DNA of 64,000 nucleotides. Source: a virus. The notes beneath the pieces were generated by a model. That model searched no databases and was not told the DNA's origin. It saw nothing but the letters and a program-made list of their open reading frames with translations. Within the stretch, counting starts at the first letter, position 1. The number at the start of each line of letters is the position of its first letter. The stretch lies in IMG/VR virus record IMGVR_UViG_3300034524_000181, positions 23,060 to 87,059 of that record; one strand, 5' to 3'. Shown in pieces: positions 40,519 through 48,577 of the stretch. The position numbers were made by a program, and so were the translations under genes.

Positions 40519-42684
40519 TTAATCGGCGGTATTCCGTGCAGATAACACAATGCCAGTCAGCACAAAACAGACGCATGGAAGTGCTACACCATTACCCCAC
40601 ATTTTGTACTCAGCTGAATCGGAATGGGGGTTGTTAAGCCATTTTATAATTTGCTTTCTTGTTTTTGGCTTGCTGCTTTTACCTATGATTTTGCGATGGG
40701 TTTCCCAAACCTCCGTCCAGAATGAAATTTCATCTTCTGTAGGATTTTCCGTCCCAAGGTCATCACACCAATCATCAGGAAAGCCTTGTAATCTTGCACA
40801 TTCCGTTGGTGTAAGCCTTCGAACAATATAGTCTGGTTCAACCAATCCATTTTGGTATCCTGAATTAGTTCCATTGATTATCGTATTTGAAGTACCGTCC
40901 TGCCTGTAGTATTGACTTTCAGTTTTCATCTGAGGATAAAACGAAGCTGGGTGTGCCACTGCTCCAGGTCCTTTTGCCGTGAGTGTAGGTTGCTGCTCTT
41001 CATCTATAGCAGGTTTATATAGCGCGTTCTTTCCTTGGTTAAAAGCTGCCCTATCAATACCGTAAGATGGCTGAGTCACAACAGGGGCATCCTTATAATC
41101 TCTCGACAATAACGTTGGCGCTTTATCTTCTTCAACCTGGGCATAGGCTCCAGTAGTCATGGCATAGGCAACAGCATGACGATCAGCGGTATTAAGTGTA
41201 AAAGAAACATCCTCATCTATACCGCTTCCTTGGGGACCATTTTTATCCTCTCTTCCAATCATCGAGCCTTGTAGAGCAACTACTACCATGCCACCTTGAT
41301 TACACCCTGGATTTCCTCCATTGGCATCAATGGTTCGAGAAGTATCCGCTTCATATATACCGCTATGTGGATTGCTTGACAGCATGGAGTTGCTCTTATC
41401 AGAACAGATGCCATATGCGGTAGGTACAAAAACGGTCTGGTCATTATTGCATCCAAGAGTGGCAGACTTATCATCCTGTATCAAAGCCCCCTTACCACCA
41501 CCTTCACAGCCAGAGCGGATTTTTAATGTTTTAGGTGTATTCATAATAAGAGGTACATTCCCACCGCCAGTTCCCATACGAGAGGTTAGCGTCTGTACTT
41601 TATTATCCTCTGAGAGTTTTACACGACTATCAGTTGGATGATTTTCAATAACAACAGCCGTTTGGTTATCTCCCATGTTTGCACGAAGGGATCCACTTAA
41701 ATTTTCATCAGTATGGCCACCAACTCGAGAAGCAGCGCCCGGTTCAAAGGACATGACTGCACCTGGAACAACACCTGCTCGAAGGGTAGGGGAACGTTCT
41801 TCCTCATATCCTACACTTCGACTCTTGGCGCTGTGTTCGGTACAAAATCCGCTTGACTGCATGACGCAAGGCTGATGTCCGTGTTCCTCCGCTCGAAGTG
41901 TTGCGGTAATATCCTCCGAAACAGACATCACTTTCTCGCCTTGGTCATTTAAACAAGTTATGCTATCGCCTGTTTTTCCAGTGCTGTTTTTAGCATTTCC
42001 GGCAGTTCTTTGCCACGGGCTGCCGCTCGGCGTAAAATTCCTTGGCATGCCTTCGGACTCAAATAGTATTTCTCCGGCACATCTGTCTGCAAAATCTGCG
42101 ACAAGGTAGATTCTACGACGACGCTGGGGGACTCCGAAATATTGCGCATCGATAGTTCGGTAAGCCACACTCCATCCGTCTCCCATATAGATGTCAGCGT
42201 ATGGCCATCGTCCTTTTTCAGGTAAAGGCACTGAGGTGTTCGGCTCTTTGACACCGATGACCGCTTCGAGGACTGCCCTAAAGTCCTCCCCTTTATTTGA
42301 CGAGAATGCGCCGGGGACATTTTCCCAGACTGCATACCTTGGATATTGTCCATTGGTCTTACACCTCATTTCCTTGATAATTCTTATTGCTTCATAAAAA
42401 AGGACGGATTGTTCTCCGTCCAGACCAGCTCTTTTACCCGCCACACTCATATCTGTGCAGGGAGAGCCAAATGTTATGATGTCTACAGGTGGAAGCTCCG
42501 CACCATTTAATTTGTTTATATCCCCATAGTGTTTCATCTGTGGGATGCGTTTGGTCGTAACTCTTATAGGAAACGGCTCAATTTCAGATGCCCATAAAGG
42601 CTCAATGCCACAGATCAGACCGCCTAGAGGAAAACCTCCGCTCCCATCAAAAAGAGAACCGAGTGTCAATTTACTCATCTGCAT
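40519..42684 (-). CDS. DNA (cytosine-5) methyltransferase with a long multi-repeat variable region
   Basis: LFDGSGG, GSPC, WENVPG, QRRRRIY, RRLTPTECARLQGFPD, WGNGV. Confidence 0.93.
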   Translation of the reverse strand: MQMSKLTLGSLFDGSGGFPLGGLICGIEPLWASEIEPFPIRVTTKRIPQMKHYGDINKLNGAELPPVDIITFGSPCTDMSVAGKRAGLDGEQSVLFYEAIRIIKEMRCKTNGQYPRYAVWENVPGAFSSNKGEDFRAVLEAVIGVKEPNTSVPLPEKGRWPYADIYMGDGWSVAYRTIDAQYFGVPQRRRRIYLVADFADRCAGEILFESEGMPRNFTPSGSPWQRTAGNAKNSTGKTGDSITCLNDQGEKVMSVSEDITATLRAEEHGHQPCVMQSSGFCTEHSAKSRSVGYEEERSPTLRAGVVPGAVMSFEPGAASRVGGHTDENLSGSLRANMGDNQTAVVIENHPTDSRVKLSEDNKVQTLTSRMGTGGGNVPLIMNTPKTLKIRSGCEGGGKGALIQDDKSATLGCNNDQTVFVPTAYGICSDKSNSMLSSNPHSGIYEADTSRTIDANGGNPGCNQGGMVVVALQGSMIGREDKNGPQGSGIDEDVSFTLNTADRHAVAYAMTTGAYAQVEEDKAPTLLSRDYKDAPVVTQPSYGIDRAAFNQGKNALYKPAIDEEQQPTLTAKGPGAVAHPASFYPQMKTESQYYRQDGTSNTIINGTNSGYQNGLVEPDYIVRRLTPTECARLQGFPDDWCDDLGTENPTEDEISFWTEVWETHRKIIGKSSKPKTRKQIIKWLNNPHSDSAEYKMWGNGVALPCVCFVLTGIVLSARNTAD
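41958..42353 (-). CDS. Nested alternative-frame ORF, putative beta subunit of the C5 methyltransferase (M.EcoHK31I-like)
   Basis: 131 aa on the same strand in a different frame; ESPSV.VESTLSQILQ..VPEKYYLSPKAC.GILRRA. Confidence 0.55.
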   Translation of the reverse strand: MDNIQGMQSGKMSPAHSRQIKGRTLGQSSKRSSVSKSRTPQCLYLKKDDGHTLTSIWETDGVWLTELSMRNISESPSVVVESTLSQILQTDVPEKYYLSPKACQGILRRAAARGKELPEMLKTALEKQAIA

Positions 42685-43912
42685 TCACCTCCGGCAGGTC
42701 ACAATATCTGATTTTCGAACCATCTCTTAAAACAAACACACCGTCTGAGTTTCCAACTTGTTCAATATACCTTTTTACAATAACATCACAGTACTTTTCA
42801 TCCAGTTCAATGGTGTAGCAGATTCTATCTGTCTGCTCACAGGCAATCAGTGTGCTTCCTGAACCACCAAAAGGATCAAGCACGATACAATTAGAAAGGC
42901 TTGAATTCAAAATAGGGTAGGCCACAAGTGCAACTGGCTTCATCGTAGGATGATCACTGTTTTTCTTCGGTTTCTCAAATTCCCAGATGGTGGTCTGCTT
43001 TCTATCGGAATACCAGTTATGCTTGCCTTTCTTTTTCCACCCAAAGAGAATAGGTTCATGCTGCCACTGATAAGGAGAGCGACCGAGAACAAGGGACTGC
43101 TTTTTCCAAATACAAGTACCGGAAAGATAAAATCCTGCATCGGAGAATGCTCTTCTAAAATTGAGTCCTTCGGTATCCGCATGGAATACATAAATAGGGG
43201 CGTCCTTCGCCATTACTGCTTCGGTGTTCTGAAATGCTGCAAGCAGGAAATCGTAGAACGCTTCGTTAGCCATATTGTCATTTTTGATTTTTCCAGCAGT
43301 GCCTTCATAGTTAACATTATATGGAGGGTCCGTAACTACCAAATTAGCAGTTTTCCCATCCATCAAGACATTAAAGGTGTCTTTCTTTGTACTGTCTCCG
43401 CAGACTAATCGATGCTGCCCAAGTAGCCAAATATCCCCTAAATGCGAAACAGCGGGCTTTTTCAGCTCGCTGTCTACATCGAAATCATCTTCTTTTATAT
43501 TATCCTTAAGGGAATCCTTGAAAAGATCCTCCAACTCTCCCGGGTCAAAACCTGTCAAAGACACATCAAAGTCTGAAGCATTTAAGTCCGTGATGAGAAG
43601 TGCTAATTTGTCTTTATCCCAATCACCACTTATTTTATTTAGTGCAATGTTCAGCGCCTTCTCCTTTTGCTCATCCATTTCAACAACTACGCATTCTATC
43701 TCATCCATGCCCATACTCAGCAGGATTTTCAAACGTTGATGGCCTCCAATGACTCTGCCTGTAGTCTTATTCCATATTACGGGTTCTACATATCCAAACT
43801 CCTCAAGGGAGCGTTTAAGTTTCTCATATTCCGGATCACCCGGTTTTAAATCCTTCCTTGGGTTATATTCAGCGGGGATGAGTTGTTTAGTTTTTATCTT
43901 CTCTATCAACAT
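42671..43912 (-). CDS. ParB-like N-terminal domain + DNA amino (N6A/N4C) methyltransferase
   Basis: YNPR, GGHQR; TDPPY, HPTMKP, DPFGGSGS. Confidence 0.92.
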   Translation of the reverse strand: MLIEKIKTKQLIPAEYNPRKDLKPGDPEYEKLKRSLEEFGYVEPVIWNKTTGRVIGGHQRLKILLSMGMDEIECVVVEMDEQKEKALNIALNKISGDWDKDKLALLITDLNASDFDVSLTGFDPGELEDLFKDSLKDNIKEDDFDVDSELKKPAVSHLGDIWLLGQHRLVCGDSTKKDTFNVLMDGKTANLVVTDPPYNVNYEGTAGKIKNDNMANEAFYDFLLAAFQNTEAVMAKDAPIYVFHADTEGLNFRRAFSDAGFYLSGTCIWKKQSLVLGRSPYQWQHEPILFGWKKKGKHNWYSDRKQTTIWEFEKPKKNSDHPTMKPVALVAYPILNSSLSNCIVLDPFGGSGSTLIACEQTDRICYTIELDEKYCDVIVKRYIEQVGNSDGVFVLRDGSKIRYCDLPEVNADE

Positions 43913-45068
43913 ACTTTTCCACCGCCTTTCTAAATTCACTGTACTTATTTACATCCTCCCACGGGAATAGACAACTATTAAAGTGACCATAAACAGCTGT
44001 ATCAGAGTAAATCACATTTCTAAGACGTAGATTTTCAATAATGGCTGCAGGTCTTAAATTGAAAACTTCCTGTGCAGCAAGAGTTAATATTTCGTCAGAA
44101 ACAATACCTGTGCCAAGGGTATTTACATAAAAGGCTACAGGATTTGCCTTACCAATGGCATAGGATATACTAACTTCACATCTCTTTGCATAACCACACC
44201 AGACGATATGCTTTGCAATGTACCGAGCCATATAGACACCGCTTCGGTCAACCTTGGTGGGGTCTTTACCACTAAGTGCGCCACCTCCATGGGATGCAAG
44301 TCCTCCATAGGTATCAACCATAATTTTTCTACCAGTTAAGCCTGTATCGGCAGCGGGACCACCTTCGACAAATCTACCAGAGGGGTTAATGAGAAGTTCT
44401 GTTTCATCATCAAATGGGAAGTCCTCAAAGCACTGCCATAGGACATTGTTAAGGATATCTGTCTTTAGTTCTTCCTGTGTTTTATTCTTATCATGCTGTA
44501 CCGATATCACAATAGTCTTTATTCGCACTGGAGTGTCTCCTTCATATTCCACCGTCACCTGCGCTTTACCATCTGGGTGGATACCTTTTATCAGTTTCCC
44601 TTTTCGGCAATCATCCAGTCTCTTTACAATCCTGTGAGATAGTACAAGGGGTAGGGGAAGCATTTCTCCTGTTTCCTTTGTAGCATAGCCATACACAGTT
44701 CCTTGGTCTCCAGCACCTATCGAACCATACTGTTCGTTTATCCCATTTCTTACTTCCAGTGCAGTATCCACGCCAGTTGCAATATCTACACTTTGTTTGT
44801 GTACAAATACATAAATCAAGAATTTAAGAGGGTTGTATCCAATCTCTTTAAGGACATTCCTAACAATGTATCGGATGTCTATTTTCTCGCTGCAGGAGAT
44901 TTCGCCCGCCACGATAATTTTCCCTTTGGTTGCCATTACCTCACAAGCGACACGTGATGCTTTGTCTTTACGTAAACATGCTTCTAAAATGCTATCTGCT
45001 ATGATGTCGCATAGTTTATCAGGATGTCCAGCACATACACTTTCAGCTGTTAAATATCTTTTACTCAT
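43887..45068 (-). CDS. metK: S-adenosylmethionine synthetase (prophage-borne)
   Basis: ESV..GHPDK, GAGDQG, GGP.ADTGLTGRK, GGGALSGKDPTKVDRS. Confidence 0.95.
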   Translation of the reverse strand: MSKRYLTAESVCAGHPDKLCDIIADSILEACLRKDKASRVACEVMATKGKIIVAGEISCSEKIDIRYIVRNVLKEIGYNPLKFLIYVFVHKQSVDIATGVDTALEVRNGINEQYGSIGAGDQGTVYGYATKETGEMLPLPLVLSHRIVKRLDDCRKGKLIKGIHPDGKAQVTVEYEGDTPVRIKTIVISVQHDKNKTQEELKTDILNNVLWQCFEDFPFDDETELLINPSGRFVEGGPAADTGLTGRKIMVDTYGGLASHGGGALSGKDPTKVDRSGVYMARYIAKHIVWCGYAKRCEVSISYAIGKANPVAFYVNTLGTGIVSDEILTLAAQEVFNLRPAAIIENLRLRNVIYSDTAVYGHFNSCLFPWEDVNKYSEFRKAVEKYVDREDKN

Positions 45069-45085
45069 TATATATCTCCTCATCT

Positions 45086-45637
45086 TTATTTTCCTCTGCG
45101 GGCAGTCAACAGTCGTTCCATCACATCATCCTGTGGATTTGCACCGGAATACTCTGTCGCACAGTTTTCACGAACGATCTGATATATTTCCATCCAGAGC
45201 CTGTTTGTCTGGCTCATAAAGTTCTGACTCATAGCTACATAAGGACTTTGAATAGCATTGCCGGTAGTTGGGTGCTTGGCAAGAAAACCAAACTCGGTTA
45301 CCGCTTCCTCACACTGTATCCATCTGGCTGCACTCATGGCATATCGTTCTAGAAGCTGTGGAAGCACCAAATGGGCACAGCCTCGCTCCTCAAGCCATTT
45401 CCAAGTAATTTCATAAATCTCACTGGCTACTAGGGTTTTCCCGTCCTTTTGCACTGCTGAGAGCATGGCCCTTGGCTTTGGCATTTCCTGCCCCTTTAAG
45501 TCAGCGGTATTTTTGAAGTCGATGATTTCTAGCTTTCTCTTGCCGGGATTTCCCTCAGCAATTTTATCTATAAGTGCTTTCTTTTTCTGACCAGATCCAA
45601 TACGAGCACCACCTCGATTTGTACCATCTTTGGCCAT
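45086..45637 (-). CDS. Terminase small subunit (P27 family)
   Basis: MAKDGTNRGGAR.GSG.K, GNPGKR, HPTTG...SPYV. Confidence 0.85.
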   Translation of the reverse strand: MAKDGTNRGGARIGSGQKKKALIDKIAEGNPGKRKLEIIDFKNTADLKGQEMPKPRAMLSAVQKDGKTLVASEIYEITWKWLEERGCAHLVLPQLLERYAMSAARWIQCEEAVTEFGFLAKHPTTGNAIQSPYVAMSQNFMSQTNRLWMEIYQIVRENCATEYSGANPQDDVMERLLTARRGK

Positions 45638-45749
45638 TAACTCACCTCTTTTCTTATTAGGGGTTATTACCCCGTTTGAAACTGCGACTTTTTGCACGAA
45701 GCCCCACGCCCGTTGTCCGCTTAAAAAGCTGTAGAGATTTGACTCCCCC

Positions 45750-46109
45750 CTACCGGGATGGCCAACGGTCTCCATCTCTTGCTGTGATGGCAGAGTGGCA
45801 AGGAGTACAAAGAGCCATTAAGTTGCTTTCATCGTGTGTCCCACCTCGTGCCAAGGGAAGGATATGATGCACTTCAGCTGCTGGTGTCAGCTTTCCTTGT
45901 CTTTTGCACTCTTCACATAGGGGATGAGCTGTAATGTAACGGTCACGTATTCTTTTCCACGCACGACCGTAACGTTTCCTCGTCTCAGGATCTCGTTGAT
46001 ATTTTTCATAACGAGAAGCTTCCTTTTTGGCATGCTCCGGACAAAAACGTCCATCTGTCAGTTCCGGACAACCAGGAGAAGAACATGGTCGTTTTGGTTT
46101 CTTTGGCAT
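45750..46109 (-). CDS. HNH endonuclease (terminase-associated)
   Basis: CEEC...VHHILPL..GG.H...NL..LC..CH. Confidence 0.9.
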   Translation of the reverse strand: MPKKPKRPCSSPGCPELTDGRFCPEHAKKEASRYEKYQRDPETRKRYGRAWKRIRDRYITAHPLCEECKRQGKLTPAAEVHHILPLARGGTHDESNLMALCTPCHSAITARDGDRWPSR

Positions 46110-46228
46110 TTCGTACCTCCTTTGGACATGCAAAAAGCCCCCGCGGTATTTCCACGAAGGCTCTCTACAATTTTTCACAATACCATTGTATTATGGATTT
46201 CTAATAAAATCGTCCATGATATTACTCA

Positions 46229-46687
46229 TTACTTTCCATAGAGTAGTAGTGCTAGATGCTGAAGCGCTCGATTCTTTTTGTTGTATGCAGAAGAACGTTC
46301 AATATTGAAGTGATCACAAATGTTATACACTGCATCAATCTGCTTTTGTTCATCATCCAAATAAAACTCCTTTAACACATACTGCTCATCTTCTGTTAAA
46401 GCATCCCACGCCGGTTGAAACCAGTCCATGTATTCCAGTGCTTGACGATAACGTTCTTTCAATACATCAATTTCATTGATGCAGGCAATGAGCCTTTTCT
46501 CTCCAGCTTTTGGATCATGGGTCGATGGCATGCCATTTAGAACTGGAGAAGCTGGGGAACTCATTTCTTCGTTGAGGGTTGCAATGTCCTCATCAGTATG
46601 TTCTATGATGTACTTCATACTGCTGTAATCTTTTAGGGCGTTAATTGCCGCTGCTCTTTTATCTAAATATTGCCAGACAATGTTCAT
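46229..46687 (-). CDS. Phage late transcriptional activator (ArpU/RinA-like)
   Basis: Position before the packaging genes; C-terminal HTH-like ICDHFNIERSSAY. Confidence 0.6.
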   Translation of the reverse strand: MNIVWQYLDKRAAAINALKDYSSMKYIIEHTDEDIATLNEEMSSPASPVLNGMPSTHDPKAGEKRLIACINEIDVLKERYRQALEYMDWFQPAWDALTEDEQYVLKEFYLDDEQKQIDAVYNICDHFNIERSSAYNKKNRALQHLALLLYGK

Positions 46688-46691
46688 TTTA

Positions 46692-48041
46692 TCAGACCTC
46701 CTTTAGTGTGGCTTTAACCGCATCTATCAGTGCGGATTGAGTATTGTTTTTATCATTTAGGGCTTTCATTACACGTTCATCAATGGTGCCTTTGGAAATC
46801 AGGTGATGGATCACTACCGTTTCTTTTTGTCCTTGCCGCCAAAGACGGGCGTTGGTTTGCTGATAAAGCTCTAGGCTCCAAGTTAGACCAAACCATACAA
46901 GAGTTGAACCTCCAGCTTGCAAGTTCAGTCCATGTCCTGCTGATGCTGGATGGATAGCTGCAATAGAGATTTCTCCATCATTCCACCTCTTAATAGAATC
47001 GCTAGTGGATAACACCTCAACCTCAAAGCGCTTTTGTATTCGTGACAAATCATGCTTAAACCAATAAGCAATTAGAACTGGCTTGCCATTAGCAGCTTCG
47101 ATTAAGTCTTCCAGTGCATCCAGCTTACGGTCATGTATATGAAGTACTGTACCTTGATCATCATAGACTGCTCCGTTGGCCATTTGCAGTAGTTTTCCCG
47201 AAAGAGCTGCTGCATTGGCTGCAGTAATTTCCTCACCTTTAACCGTTGTAATTAAATCACGCTTCATAATGTCAAGGTTTTTCATTTCTTTTTCAGAAAG
47301 CTTTACATCTACTTCGTTTATAACCAGCTCCGGCAGCTTCAGGTAGTCTGTCCCTTTCATGCTAATAGTGATGTCAGATATTAGCCTATAAATTGCTTCT
47401 TCTGCTCCCGGTTTTGGCTTGTAGGAGAAGATCACTTGTTGATTACGTTTATCTGGTACAAAGTAATCCTCTCGATATCTGCCAATAAACCTGCCTAATC
47501 GCTGCCCCATATCTAATAAGCGATACTGTGCCCACAAATCCATCAATCCATTGGAGGATGGGGTTCCAGTAAGTCCTACTATCCTATTTACCTTTGGCCT
47601 AACTTTCATTAAACTTTTAAATCTCTTGGCTTGATGAGATTTAAAAGAGGACAGCTCATCAATTACCACCATATCAAAATCAAAGGGAATTCCACTTCTT
47701 GAAATTAGCCATTCCACATTTTCTCGATTGATAATGTAGACTTGAGCTCTTTTCATAAGGGCTGTTTTTCTCTGAACCTCCGAACCAACTGCTACGGTGT
47801 ATTTAAGCCCCTTTAGGTGATCCCACTTTTCAATCTCTGCAGGCCATGTATCTCTGGCAACTCTTAGCGGTGCAATAACCAGAACCTTACGAACAAGAAA
47901 ACTGTCCAGTGTTAAATCAAAGATGGCAGTTAAAGTTATGACACTCTTACCTAATCCCATATCTAAGAGCACTGCTGCTATAGGATGATTGAGGATATAC
48001 TCAGTGGCATAAACCTGATACTCATGAGGCTTGTATTTCAT
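46692..48041 (-). CDS. SNF2-like helicase
   Basis: DMGLGKS, IDELS, LTGTP, GHGLNLQ, RLWRQGQ. Confidence 0.92.
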   Translation of the reverse strand: MKYKPHEYQVYATEYILNHPIAAVLLDMGLGKSVITLTAIFDLTLDSFLVRKVLVIAPLRVARDTWPAEIEKWDHLKGLKYTVAVGSEVQRKTALMKRAQVYIINRENVEWLISRSGIPFDFDMVVIDELSSFKSHQAKRFKSLMKVRPKVNRIVGLTGTPSSNGLMDLWAQYRLLDMGQRLGRFIGRYREDYFVPDKRNQQVIFSYKPKPGAEEAIYRLISDITISMKGTDYLKLPELVINEVDVKLSEKEMKNLDIMKRDLITTVKGEEITAANAAALSGKLLQMANGAVYDDQGTVLHIHDRKLDALEDLIEAANGKPVLIAYWFKHDLSRIQKRFEVEVLSTSDSIKRWNDGEISIAAIHPASAGHGLNLQAGGSTLVWFGLTWSLELYQQTNARLWRQGQKETVVIHHLISKGTIDERVMKALNDKNNTQSALIDAVKATLKEV

Positions 48042-48303
48042 GAAGTATCCCTCCAATCTGATCTATATGATCCAGGCAGAACACCAAAAAACCAAGTGCT
48101 TCTAACTGTCTTTTTCGCTTTTCCTGTAGAGGCCTTAAGGTTTTACCTGGTGCTTTTACCTCTACAAAAGCAACTTTTCTATTAGGTAATAGAATCAATC
48201 TGTCTGGCATTCCATCAAAACCTGGTGATACAATCTTAAGTGCAATGCCGCCTATATCTTTTACTGATTTTATTAGTTGCTGTTCAATCAATTTCTCTCT
48301 CAT
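48022..48303 (-). CDS. VRR-NUC domain nuclease
   Basis: GMPDRL...FVEVKAPG...LQ. Confidence 0.9.
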   Translation of the reverse strand: MREKLIEQQLIKSVKDIGGIALKIVSPGFDGMPDRLILLPNRKVAFVEVKAPGKTLRPLQEKRKRQLEALGFLVFCLDHIDQIGGILHEIQAS

Positions 48304-48309
48304 AAATCC

Positions 48310-48577
48310 TCCATGTTCCCTAAATCCAAAAAGTCTCTATACGCGCGTATATACGCGTTTGTAGGTAATTTCTTCTTTTTGTCTTTAGGATTATTTTTAA
48401 TAATAATTATTGGAACAATGGAACAGAGGTTATAAAGTAGCCTACTTTACAAGGGGCTGCCGCCTGTTCCGATGAGGTGTACCAAATGACCATTTTTGTT
48501 TCACCGGAACAGGTAAAATTTGTTCCAGAGAAAAAATTGTTCCATGTGTTCCAAACTAAATTATTCTTTGGGAACAT
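48310..48577. repeat. Putative replication origin with TGTTCC/GGAACA iterons
   Basis: About nine TGTTCC/GGAACA copies in both orientations, TATACGCGCGTATA palindrome, AT-rich tract, next to the primase-helicase gene. Confidence 0.45.
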
